A stretch of 64,000 nt of DNA from Octopus sinensis (Eukaryota). The number at the start of each line of letters is the position of its first letter. The first letter of the stretch is position 1. The notes under the pieces are model-generated. The model had not been told where the DNA came from. It did no database searches and saw only the letters and a program-made list of their open reading frames with translations. Below, one piece after another: positions 12,965-25,636 of this stretch. Where the stretch lies: positions 68,324,001-68,388,000 of the forward strand of contig NC_043004.1 of the NCBI RefSeq assembly GCF_006345805.1, read 5' to 3'. The translations under genes were made by a program, and so were the position numbers.

Positions 12965-13730
12965 CTCTGTCACAAAGTACGTAGTGAACAACAGACAGCG
13001 ACGCTCTTGTAATCCAAAAATACAACCGCATGTGTATTTAATGTCATGTTTCTGTGGAAGACATCACCCATGTGATAAGCAGCTGTCCTAAAATTTCGTC
13101 ATGATACCCCTCATGCAGCGCGATGTTGTTGTTAAAACAATTTACTATGCCATCCGCAAAAAATACTGTCCTGAAATAAACTTAGAAAATCCATCCCTCT
13201 AATGGAATACATTCATAAACACCAACTCAAGGAAAACTGATGGAATATTTCCATCACAACTTCTGTCAAATGTAAACATAACAGGTCGGATGTTGTTGTT
13301 TGGGACAGGGGGGGCAAAGGTATGTACCATCATAGAGATCAGCTGCCCTGCAGATATAAATAGTTTTTTGAAAATAAAAGCAAAAGGGGATATATATGGA
13401 CAACTGCTTCGAAACCCCTAGTTTCTACATCCAGACTATGAATTCATATTCGCACCAATGATAAATGGAGAGCTAGGTTTTGTTAGTAAATGTTTAAAGG
13501 AGAATCTGCATAAGCAGAGAATCTTAAAAAGAGAAATGAGCCGGCTAATTCGTACTTTACAATTGCAATCTGTGGGTGGAACATATGTAAAAAAAAAATG
13601 GCTGCAACTTGTAAGAATTCTATGATAGCTTAAGCTAACAAGTCGACAACAATATTTATAGTTTTAATTCTGGTATTTATTTTGACGGTAACTATAGTTT
13701 AGCCGCTATCTATGTATGTATATAAAGTTG
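12965..13730 (+). mobile_element. 3' fragment of an RLE-type non-LTR retrotransposon (R4/Dong-like)
   Basis: CCHC knuckle C-I-*-C-H-V-S-V-E-D-I-T-H-V-I-S-S-C from 13033, then KHNRSDVVVWD...CTIIEISCPAD (PD-(D/E)xK endonuclease) across frameshifts. Followed by (CATA)n. Confidence 0.75.
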
Positions 13731-13752
13731 ACATACATACATACATACATAC

Positions 13753-13870
13753 AAAAATACTTTGTCGATGATGTTAAAATTCCAATGAAGGTGTCATGAA
13801 TCTAGGTTAGAAACCGGATTTTTCAGTCTTGGCAAGGAATCTTGAAATTTAACTGAATAATGACATACAC
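13753..13870 (+). repeat. ~120-bp unit flanked by CATA repeats; second copy at 42499-42615
   Basis: Both copies share AAATTCCA...GAATCTAGGTTAGAAAC(C/T)GG...TGGCAAG(G/A)AATCTTGAA...AACTGAAT(A/G)ATGACATAC. Confidence 0.8.
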
Positions 13871-13924
13871 AGAAACATACATACACACATACATAAATAC
13901 ATAAATACATACATGCATACATAC

Positions 13925-14014
<90 letters not shown>

Positions 14015-14085
14015 ACCATTTACCATGCTTAATCGTTAACCCACAAGTGTTTCTATATTCTCCCTGTGTTTATTTTCTTTTATTC

Positions 14086-14122
14086 CTTTCTGCTGAAGAG
14101 TGTAGGCTCGAAACGTAAATTC
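14086..14122 (+). ncRNA. Degenerate minimal hammerhead-like motif
   Basis: CTGAAGA GTGTAGGCTC GAAACGTA. Stems I and II pair poorly. Confidence 0.3.
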
Positions 14123-14249
14123 TTTCACACTTTCCAGAGCGTCAAATTAATACACCTGCATTTTGTTCATGCACCTGTCCACGTCTTTCGTTTTCTGTAA
14201 ATTTCAACTATATATATATATTCTTTTAATTCTTCTATTCCTTTATATG

Positions 14250-14407
14250 TTTCAGTCATTTTACCGCGCCGATGCTGGGGCACCGCCTTTAGTCGAAAAA
14301 ATCGGCCCCAGTACTTATTACATCGTTGTCTTTTGGAGAAATGCAAGGTGACGGGGACGTAAACACACCAACATTGGTTGTCTACGATGGTGGGGAACAG
14401 GCATACG

Positions 14408-14472
<65 letters not shown>

Positions 14473-14595
14473 GACAGGCTTCTTTCAGTTTCCACTGACA
14501 AGGCCTTGGTCGGCCCTATGCTATAGCAGAAGACACTTGCCTAAGGTGCCATGCAGTGTTCCTGAACCCGGAGTCTTTGAACTGCGGCCATGCTG
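14250..14595 (-). mobile_element. Family C SINE
   Basis: Reverse-complement head, internal (CA)/(TA) microsatellite, and tail GTTTCAGTCATTTTACCGCGCCGATGCTGGGGCACCGCC. Confidence 0.85.
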
Positions 14596-14689
14596 AGGCA
14601 GCGCTTCGAAGAGTTTTAATTGATTAGTCGAATGAAACGTTCCTAGTAGATACTATTATTTTACGTCTGGTATATTTTTCATATCGAGG

Positions 14690-14795
14690 GACTGTAAAGA
14701 CACCAACATCTGTTTTCCCGTGGCGGTGGGGGAGAAACACATACACTAACACACACATACACGAACACACACAAATATATATATATATATATATA
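14690..14795 (-). mobile_element. Family C SINE 3' part, split by a LINE insertion (5' part at 18095-18245)
   Basis: GTAAAGACACCAACATC...GGTGGGGGAGAAACAC matches 14357-14400. The head resumes at 18096 (GACGGGCTTCTTCCAGTTTCC...ACCAAATCCACTCAC). Confidence 0.65.
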
Positions 14796-15436
14796 CTTCC
14801 GGTTTTCGTAGAGTATAGACGTGTTGCTTTGCTCAGTGATAAAAAAACAAAAAGGTTTGCATAAATCGACGAAATAATCAGCGAAACTGATAAAAAAACG
14901 TAGAACTTGCTATCTCATAGCGGTCGACTAGGATATATTGGTTAAAAACCGTAATATATTTCGCTTCAAGCCAAATATAATACACTAAAGTTAATTACGT
15001 ACGCCAGATTTCCCGTCGAAAAAAACACGTGGTGACATCTCTTAAGTATATTTCCAATCGACTGTAACAAACAAAAAGAACCGTTTTTCTTTTCTTTTTT
15101 GAAAGAAAACCTCTTCGTATAGGAAGACGATTTGGGGACTTCTACCTCTTATAAGATAAGTACCCCTTTTCATTTGTTTACTTTCCCGTAATTCTATGTA
15201 AGGACCTATTCTCTGTTTACATTCTGTTAATAATCTTTCAATTTCTGTTTCAGCTCCGTTTTTGTCAATTTCTCAATACATCTCTTTAAAATTATTCAAA
15301 TTTAGATGGGCATATATTTATTTGTTGCTTTATTTATATATATATTTACTCAGCCCCTCAATCTCCCTAAATACAAGACCGCCACAGCAAATAGACCCAA
15401 GGTGGACGCCACCGGCAACAGCACACACATCACCTC

Positions 15437-18090
15437 GATGCTCCTACTGAATATCAGAGGACTGCTAACACTCAGTAACAGGACAAAAATCCCTTTCTTG
15501 AGAGACCTTGTTGCATGCAATCAAGCCTTATGCATAGCACTTACGGAAGCACACCCGAAAGCGAACATAGCAGATGCAGAAATACACATACCACAGTATG
15601 TTGTACTACGGACCGGCAGAAAAGAAAGGAGTCATGGAGGAGCTGCTATGTACATCCGCGAGGACCTCACACACCAGGTCCTTTTGTCATACTCAAATTC
15701 GGTGTGTGACACACTAATTGTACATATAAGGCAACTTGGTGTAGTTATATGTGCTACATATCGCCCTCCAGATGCTCCAAGCCATGTAGGCAAGTTTGAA
15801 GACTGCCTTATAAAAATAGAAGAAGTTCTAGTCACATTAGAACAACACATAAGTGTACTTCTTATGGGAGACTTTAATCTGCTCAATGTCAGTTGGCCCG
15901 AGGGCCTTTCTCTCCCAGGAATGACACGATGCGAACGAGGACAGGCGAGGTCTCTCCTGAACCTCATCAACACTCTGTACATGGAGCAAATAATACTCCA
16001 ACCAACCAGGGCAGGTAACATACTGGATCACTCCTTCACAAATAATATGGATCTCATCCATAATGTGAAAATGACACCGACACTACTCTCGGATCACAAC
16101 ATGGTAGAGCTGACCATGTACGGGCAAAGGAAAGCATGGCCATGCAGTCTACAAGAAGGTCTCAGAATCTTTCTAGCTTGAACTTCCATAAGGCAAACTG
16201 GGAACAAATTGAGAAAGAGATCTTCAAACAAAACTGGCCTGAATGTCTCTCCTCGCCAGACATCGACATGGAACTTCAACAATTCATGTCTGTAATGCAA
16301 GCCATATGCTACAAATGTGTCCCAGAGAGAAACGCCACTGTACACAAGAACAAATCCCCAGATAGGGCCACTCCTTGAAAAGGATGGCACACTCACAGGA
16401 AATCCAATGAGGACAAGTGAAATACTAAATGAGCAATTCAAGTGTATTTTCACTCCACCCCTAGGGCATTTTCAAGTCAGCCATCCAACTGACTTCTTTA
16501 CCACTACATATAAAAAATCAGAGGCAACGATGATTGATTACATCAATATAAAGGAAGACGATGTAATAAAGGCTATAGATGAAATGAAAACAAACTCAGC
16601 TACTGGCCCCGGTGGATTCCCAGCAATCCTTCTCAAAGTATGTAAGAGAGTCCTAGCAAGACCACTGCAGTTCCCCTTCCAGAGCTTCCTTGCAACTGGC
16701 AAACTTCCAAGAAAACTGAAGGAAGGTAAAATAAAGGAGGTAGCAGAGCGGAGGCCAAGAACTACAGACCTATCTCTCTGACCTCACACATCAGCAAGGT
16801 CATGGAACGAAAAGTCAGAAGGAAACTAATCAACTTCCTTGAAGAAAATGACTTGCTGCCTGACACCCAACATGGTTTGCGACCAGGAAGAAGCTGCCTA
16901 ACTCAGCTCCTACAACACTATGACTAGGTGCTGAAACGACTGCTCAACCACTCAAATGTGGAAGTCATATATCTCGACGTTGTAAAGGCCTTTGAGAAAG
17001 TCAATCATGGAATGATATGTCACAAACTGCGTGATCTTGGCATAGTTAGAAAATTGGGAGAATGGCTTCATGACTTTCTGAAGGATAGAAGCCAGGTGGT
17101 AGTAGCCACTTCCATTAACACGCAAATAGTGAGCGGTGTTCCGCAGGGGACTGTTTTAGGACCACTACTGTTCATAATGGGCCTCTCAGATATGCCCTCA
17201 GCCACGCAGAGAGCCACGATCACATGTTATGCAGATGATACAAAAGTTTCACAGGCAATACAAAACCCTGAAGACACTATGCACATGCAAACAAAATATA
17301 CAAGTGGGCTGAAAAGAATAGCATGCAGTTCAATGCTGAAAAGTTTCAAGCTTTATGCTATCAGCATGCAAAGCTAAATGCAATACCGAATAAATACACT
17401 GGACCTGGAGGGATTGCAATCCCAGAAGCACAATCAGTGCGAGACCTGGGCATTTACATGAGTGATGATGCAACCTTTCATGTGCAGGTTGCTAAATTGG
17501 CAATGAAATGTAGGCGGTTGACCGGATTGATTCTTAGAACCTTTAGAACAAGAGACCAGGAAACCATGATGGTCCTCTCGAGGACACTTGTCCTAAGCCA
17601 CTTTGACTATTGCTCTCAGCTATGGTCACCATCTAGTGACAAGTTAATCACAGAACTTGAGGCGATCCAACGAAGCTACACGAAGATAGCCTCTGTGCAG
17701 CATATAAGCTACTGGGAAAGACTCAAGAGATTAAGACTGTATTCCTTAGAGCGTAGGCGAGAAAGATATGCCATAATATATATCTGGAAGATCCTGGAAG
17801 GCCCACAGCTCTTCAATATCCTCCCGAAGAACCTGAGGGATCTGCATGGGGTGGATGCAGTTGTCTTTAAAATAAAACTGGATCTTCCTGTCAGGTGTCC
17901 CAGATGAACCAACTTCACGGCTGGAGGTGCAGATGAGGGTAGCTGCATCGAACTCTCTTGTGCACCAAATGGCAATTGCTAAAAAGCATTCGTGAAGTAA
18001 AATCATGTAGCAACACCAAATGGCGGTGCCCCAGCATGGCCACAGCTCGTGAGCTGAAACTAGATATAATAAAATAAATAAAATAAATAT
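15437..18090 (+). mobile_element. CR1/L2-group LINE; ORF2 (APE endonuclease + RT) pseudogene with 3' UTR
   Basis: APE motifs: LLNIRGL, IALTE, YRPP, MGDFN, QPTRAGNILD. RT motifs: VIYLDVVKAFEKV, SGVPQGTVLGPLLF, YADD. C-terminal YCSQLWSP and LYSLERRRERY. Tail (ATAAA)n. Contains stops, frameshifts and deletions. Confidence 0.92.
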
Positions 18091-18094
18091 ATAT

Positions 18095-18245
18095 ATGACG
18101 GGCTTCTTCCAGTTTCCGACTACCAAATCCACTCACACGTACTTGGTGGACTCGCAGCTATAGTATAAGCAAGCTGCTCAACGTGCCACGTAGTTGAATT
18201 CAAATTGTTACCAAATGGTTGGGAATTAATCTTCTTATCACACAC
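18095..18245 (-). mobile_element. Family C SINE 5' part
   Basis: Diverged reverse-complement head directly after the LINE tail. Confidence 0.65.
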
Positions 18246-18268
18246 CCATAGAGAGAGACAGAGCAAAG

Positions 18269-18301
<33 letters not shown>

Positions 18302-18623
18302 TGATTGAATGCTAGGCACATATATAAATACATGTTTGCATTTGTGTATTTATGTGTGGGTATATATGCATGATTCAACTGTATTTATACTCTGTATTTA
18401 TATTCACAGATATTTTAGCTTTTGTTCTACGACCACATTGACTTCAGGTTCTATAACTAAATTCAATTCAAGTATCGTCATTCATTTTCCGACAGAAAAA
18501 AGTCCTGTTGGTGGTGTTATTATACACCCTTGCCTCAGAAACATGAACATTTTATTGTCCCATTAAATATATTTATTTTTATACATTTCAGTTCAGTTAT
18601 TAATTTTACATCAGAATACATAG

Positions 18624-18674
<51 letters not shown>

Positions 18675-18691
18675 TATATATATATATATAT

Positions 18692-18787
<96 letters not shown>

Positions 18788-19129
18788 TCCTACTGTCAAA
18801 TTGAAATATATATACACATATATAAATTTATAACTATACATAAACTCTCAAACACTTATTTTTATAAATATTTTTAATGTTTCCTATATATGCATATATT
18901 GTTATCTTTTATAATATCTCTATGTAGGTATGTATATGTAGGTATGTATTTATGCATGCATATACGTACGAACACAATCGTACGTACGTACGTAAAAAGA
19001 TGTGTATGTATGTATGTATGTAATATATTTCTTAAAGATATGTTTCAAGTTTGCTAAAATTGAATAAATTAAATATAACAATGATGAATACACACGCATA
19101 TATATATATATAGATAGATATGATGAGAG

Positions 19130-19147
19130 GAAAAAGTAATAACGATG

Positions 19148-19178
<31 letters not shown>

Positions 19179-19273
19179 TAATAATAATAATGATAATAAT
19201 AATAATAATAATAATAATATAATATTGATAATAATAATAATAATATAATAATAATAATATAATAATAATAATA

Positions 19274-19329
<56 letters not shown>

Positions 19330-19355
19330 TAATAATAATAATAATAATAATAATG
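19130..19355. repeat. (AAT)n microsatellite
   Basis: Directly visible. Confidence 0.96.
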
Positions 19356-19490
19356 TATAACATGTCAAATGTTTTGGTGCGTTACTTTAACCACCCTGTA
19401 TATTCTCATACTGTTACGTTCCTATTTCATTCAGTCATATATTTGTAATTTTTTTACTGCCTCTATACATATATATATATATATATAATA

Positions 19491-19539
<49 letters not shown>

Positions 19540-20933
19540 CATGTGTGTGCGTGTGTGTATGTTTGAGTATGTATATATATCTATACACACATGTATAAGA
19601 ATGTGTGTGCGTGAATATATAGAATTCACACTCACACATTCACACACACATACACACACACATATATATGCCCACACCACACAGGTGTATGCCTATATAC
19701 ATACTTATAATCATGCTGTCATCTTTGCAAATGGCATAATAACAAACGCAGTAACATTCAAATCAATGCTTCCCAGCTTACGTTTAAATAATATACTTTC
19801 TAAATATGTAATTTCTCAGAATAGAAATTCAATGTTAGTTTGAGGCACGGAGGAAATCTCTCAGTTTAAGCTCCGACTTCCGTATGCTATTATTGGAATA
19901 CATTACAGGAAAATATGAATAAATATTTGGAATTAAATGTCACAGTATGCCTTGTGACTTTACTTCTGTCGTCTATTTTGGGTCAAATTATTGGAATCGA
20001 ATCAACCTAAAGTAATATTTCATAAAAATTCCTTTCATTTGGTTATTGAAAATGGGGATGAATTAGTTTCACCGAAAATAGTTCTATAAGTTATTTCCTC
20101 AGAATTTTCATCGCATTATTAACAAATATAACTCTCGTCATACGATTCTGAAGCAGCAACATACGTCAACAATTATATATACATATATGCATATATTTGG
20201 GTGTGTGCGAGCGTTTGGGTATATGTGTCTGTGTGAGTGTATGTACTATGCATTAACGCATACATGTGCGTATGCTTATTCAGATGTTGAAAATACTTTC
20301 TAAGTTCTGCATACTTCAATGTTGTCACAAATATACAAATATAGTAGAACCGACTAAGTCAAATAAAGAAGTTTAGCTGATTCTTACTAATCTCATTTAT
20401 TTGTAGGATTAATTGAATGCTGCTTAAATTACGATAAAATGGTAATTTTATACATGGGAAAAATTCGTATTGTTTATGTCCTCTTCACTCTTTCTATATT
20501 TATTTCATTTACCTTATTTTGGTGAGAACACAAATTATGTTTGCTAAGATAGGGTAAAGTCCACTGCTTTCACCTAGATATTTCACGTGACCTAAATTAT
20601 TTGTATTATTGGCGAGCTGGTAGAATCATTAATGTATTGGACAAAATGCTTAGTTATATTTCATACACATTATTACGTTATTGGTTCAAAACATTAAAGA
20701 GAATTAATTATAATTACTTATAAAATAATCTCAATAAACACAGATCTCAAATGGCTTCCTCTTAAATGATATCGATGAATATATTGTATTGCTGTGTACC
20801 AGTCCACTACTAAGGTGTTCTTTTCACTTTCACTCCTTCTCTCTATTTCTCTTTCTCCCTCTCACTCCTCCCTTTCCGATTTTCTGTTTGTCTGTGGTTT
20901 TCTCCTTGATAATACCTTACCCTATATATATAA

Positions 20934-20986
<53 letters not shown>

Positions 20987-22989
20987 TGTGTATGTATGTA
21001 TGTATGTATAAATGTAATTCTTTTCTCAAATAAATTGCTCTTCACATGCGAGGCTCAGTTGAAGCAATAAGTCTTATTCAGGAACTCAACTATGAGTTCA
21101 CTTCATATCATAGCAGAAACAGCTGAATAACTGTAAGCTATCATGTGTGCTTCTGTGAGCGTATAGTGACTCTAGTTCTTTAGGACCGGCCATAATGGAG
21201 TGGTCCTGTGGTCAGGTTGAAATATTGTCGGATACCTCAGCCATTGTTGCCTGGTGTGTTAGCCCAAGAGAAAATACTTGTGCAGAAATTGAAATAAAGT
21301 CATATGAACATCATCATGTAGTCACTGGAGAATGCCATATTCGAGGAAAATGGATGCAATAAATTCGCTCAGGTTCGATCATCGTGGAGGAAAGCAGTGC
21401 AATTGAAGAAATGAATCGTATCGAACAAGAAGAGCGTTCATAACGGCCTTTATATGAATTGAGTATAATGGTGTACAGTCCAGTTTAATATGTAACGAAA
21501 TATCACACTCACAGGAAGTTGGTATCTACGCGTTATACTAGCAAGGAGTATGGAAAAGTGTGTCTGTCGGAGCCGGTATGAAACGTCATATGCAAATTTA
21601 TCAAATTAATGTTGAAACACCTAGTACGAGAGGCGGCAATTATTGCCATAGCTGTACCATAGATTCTAAGTCTCTAACTGGCCTGGAAAACCCTGCACAT
21701 GCGTACTGCTCGTGTCTAAGAGAACAATGAGGTATTACTCGATATCCATTTGTGGCTACCACCAATAAAACTGCGTTGCATGTTTACGCTTATTCAGTTT
21801 CTTGCAAGTTTTTTAATGAGTGAAGGAAAGATAATACGCGGTAACTGATATACCACCTCCAGCTGAGTTTAGTGTGAGTTTCAACGTTGTTTTCTATGAA
21901 AAAAGTTGAAAATTATCTCCATGGGAAATATTGATACAATCGGCAATGAAATGAAACTACGTTTCGGTTTTATATTTGAGTAGGTTTGTACCATTAAATG
22001 CCGGAAAGAGACTAACAAAGATGCTCAGAAAGTGAACAGATGAAGAAAAACGACCATCGAAGTGTGCTTGACTACTTGTTATGAATTTACTCATTGTAAA
22101 AGTTCCGTCTAGAGTGTAAATAATGGTTTCGCATTTAGGTAAAAGTCCGGCCATTTTGATTAGAAGGGTGGGTTCATTCGATACCAACGTGCTTGATAGG
22201 TGCATATTTTATCGATTTCTATAGAACAGAATTATAGGAAAATTCGCCATGACAGAATATGAACTCTAATTGTAACGCACCGGCGTAAATATATCAGAAA
22301 TGTTTTTTTCCCATACTCTATCGATTAGGACACCTCGTTACTCTTGCCCCTGATATTGATAACAACTGTTATATCTCTCTGACTTCTCGTTCACTAATTA
22401 TTGTAGCTTGAGTGAGGTTTTCACTTACAGTTCTTGATACATTTTGACATAAAAAACACAGTATTAGTCTGCAAGAGAATACGTTCTTAGTCGCTGTCAG
22501 GATTTGCGTGTTTATCATAGTATTCTATATTCTTTAAGAAGCCTTAAATTATTGTTCACACAAAATATATCTGTTGTCCTTGTAAGCAAACTGCTTTTGC
22601 TTTAAATCAGAAACGAATGTTTTTTTTTTTTATTCAAATAGAATAATAAATGATTTATGATAATATTATTCATTCACTGGTTTCATTTTTATTGTTGAAT
22701 CAATTTGTTTTCTTCATGATTTGTCTTTTTAATTTAATGCCTTCACGTTGAAAAAGTTTCTATTTGAGGCCATTTTGGTTTCTCTTTTTTTTTACCTTAA
22801 TCGTCTCTCCCCCGGAATCCAAAAACTTATGGCAAACGGAAGATGCGATGGATATGATTACTCCACTTCCGATCAATTTCATCATTGGTTTCCAATTATA
22901 ATTTCTTATGCAGTTTCATGTCCATATGTACATAAAATGTATTACAAATATCAATAACGACGTAGACAAAGCTGAATGGTTGAGAACGT

Positions 22990-23290
22990 CGTTTTTCAAC
23001 AACATGGTTTCGGGTTCAGTCCCACTTCGCGCGGTACGTAGGGAGAATGTCTCCTGATATATAGCTGTGAGACGACCAATGCCTTCTGCTTGGATTTGGT
23101 AGACGGAAACTGTGCAGAAGCCCGTTTTATCCTCGTGACTATGTATGCAGTTTTATATGTAAGTATGTATGTATGCATGTATGTATGCATGTATATATGT
23201 GTGTATTTATATATGTATTGATGTATGTATGTGTAAATGTGTGTCTGTGTTTGTAACTCCACCACCTCACAACAGGAGTTTGTTTGTTTC
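22990..23290 (-). mobile_element. Family C SINE (head and middle)
   Basis: GGTTTCGGGTTCAGTCCCACTTCGCGCGG...GGATTTGGTAGACGGAAACTG...AGAAGCCCG is present here; orientation is taken from this head reading on the plus strand, and the downstream tail is diverged, so treat the strand call as uncertain. Confidence 0.6.
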
Positions 23291-24839
23291 CGTCCATATA
23301 AGTCAACGTATTTGCCGAGCATATATAGTTATTTAGGCTCCTTATTAACAAAGGACCACCAAAGTTGGTAAGGGTTAGCAAAAACGGGAGGGAAGGGATG
23401 CTTACAAAAGATAATGTCGATGAAGAGCTAAAAGGATCCGAAGCGTAGGGGAGGCAAAGGAAGATCTTCCGGACAAAACAGAAAGAATTCCACCCTCCCG
23501 TGGCTCAAGGAAAAAAGAAGAAAAAGAAAAATGGGACATTGACGGCGGTTTGTGACACTCTGCTGGAGTGTCCCGAAGCACCTTCGGTGGGAGTTGTACC
23601 AGCGAAGGTAGAAAATGTAGGCCCTTCCCATGCTAAAGATGAGGAATTTGTGATCCTCTTCCATAAGGGAGGATCATTAGAAGGCTTGGCTAAGAAGTTT
23701 TAAAAGAAAGGCCGGAGGGAAGGGATTCTATCCCTGACTGGCCTTTGCAGGTGGCTGTGGGGGTCATATGGGAGACCGATTTGTGCAGGGTGATGAACTC
23801 CTTCCACGAGGACACCTTTAGATTTATAGTAAAATGCCCGACTTGGTACCGTCTAGGTGCTTGAATGAGGCGGGGAGCCTGGTCGTGCATGGAAGAACAA
23901 AATAAAGGTAAGAGGCTTAATGCCTCATTTTTCATTTTGAATTGTAAAAAAAATGTAAGAGTTTTGTTGCCTCATAAATGAATTTTGCATTGAACTGTGA
24001 AAAATTGTAAGAGGTTTGTTGCCTCGTGAATGTAATATAAAAGAGCAATGTCCTCGAGGAAACAGCAATCGGCGGGCGTTGCCTGTTGCCCTCATTTATC
24101 ATCATTTTCATTTTTCATTTCATATGTCCAGCCCGTAGCTTCCCTTTTATGTAAGGCCTTTTAGCCAATATAATGAATAAAAGAGCTAAAAGATAATGAG
24201 GATCAAGGGCTATGTGGAAGTAAAGCGAACTTTAGGACTCGCTTAGTTTGTAGTGTTGTTATAAATAGCTGTCCATAATATTAAACATAATATAGAAAAC
24301 TTCAAAATTTTAAAATCTGGGGTTCTAATGAAGGTGTAATCTCATTGGGAACCGAGGAATGAAAATAAAGATTTAAAAGGATAAATCAAAAATGATTCAA
24401 GGTTAAATACAAATAGATAAATAAATGAATGAATACATAGATTAGGAATATATATTTACTAAGTTTAGGCATAGTGAAATTATAGGGTGCAAGAACGAAG
24501 GAAATACAGTGCTAATGAGGAAAAGGAGCTAGACTATAAAAGAAATTAGTGGAGAGAGCTGGAGAGATTGATTAGTGTATATACGAAATAAAGTGTCTGT
24601 AGAAATGAGTTGGGACGTCACTGGTGCCAAGCTGTAACGGCCTTTGCTTCTGCCATGGATGATAACATAGGTGATGTGCAAGGGGGTGGCTGGTTTGCAT
24701 GGGTGACTGCTGATCTTCCACAAACAAATTTGCCAGGACTTATGCCTCGAAGGGGATCTTTCTAAGTGAAATCCCATGGTCATTCATGACCAAAGCACGT
24801 CTTTGCACATTATATATATAAAGGTATATATATATATAT

Positions 24840-24929
<90 letters not shown>

Positions 24930-24934
24930 AGTGT

Positions 24935-25140
24935 GTGTGTGTGTTTGTTCCCCTAGCATTGCTTGACAACCGATGCTGGTGTGTTTACGTGCCCGTCACA
25001 TACCGGTTCGGCAAAAGAAACCGATAGAATAAGTACTGGGCTTACAAAGAATAAGTCCCGGGGTCGATTTGCTCGACTAAAGGCGGTGCTCCAGCATGAC
25101 CACAGTCAAATGACTGAAACAAGTAAAAGAGTAAAAAAGA
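24935..25140 (+). mobile_element. Family C SINE 3' half
   Basis: GCTTGACAACCGATGCTGGTGTGTTTACG...GGCGGTGCTCCAGCATGACCACAGTCAAATGACTGAAACAAGTAAAAG. Confidence 0.9.
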
Positions 25141-25234
25141 GTTATATATATATATATATATATATATGAATACATATATATATATATATACCTATATATA
25201 TATATATATGATATATATATGCATGTATATACTT

Positions 25235-25330
25235 TCCCCATCTTGTTTGTTGTTAACACAACGTTTTCGCTAATATACAAGATGGGGACAAATATCCGTC
25301 AAATATAAATAACGCAAATAATGTACACGT
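25235..25330 (+). mobile_element. Internally collapsed copy of the 30678-31040 element
   Basis: CATCTTGTTTGTTGTTAACACAACGTTT (left arm) is joined to ACAAGATGGGGACAAATATCCGTCAAATATAAATAACGCAAATAATGTACA (right arm plus extension). Confidence 0.75.
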
Positions 25331-25386
25331 ATATGTATGTATGTATATTTATACATATGTATATATGTATACATATATATACATGC

Positions 25387-25437
<51 letters not shown>

Positions 25438-25444
25438 CCTGTAT

Positions 25445-25492
<48 letters not shown>

Positions 25493-25543
25493 ATTGGTGA
25501 ATTGAAGAAATGGAGCTGAACGCAGATTGAACAGAAATCGTTT

Positions 25544-25636
25544 TATTTCATTCTACACGTGTTTCGAAAGGCACAAATTACCAAAATCCGATTGAATAAT
25601 GGGACCATATTGTGTCTTTCTCTTCAGGAAGAAAAA
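25544..25636 (-). ncRNA. Type I hammerhead ribozyme (inverted copy in the PLE 5' arm)
   Basis: Reverse complement of 28785-28877. Confidence 0.75.

Noticed and set aside
19378-19400. GTTACTTTAACCACCCTGTATA as a Tc1/mariner terminus
   Set aside because: No partner TIR or transposase sequence nearby.
23400-23940. GC-richer block with 67-81-aa ORFs on both strands
   Set aside because: Possibly a retroelement ORF1/UTR relic, but no motif could be identified.
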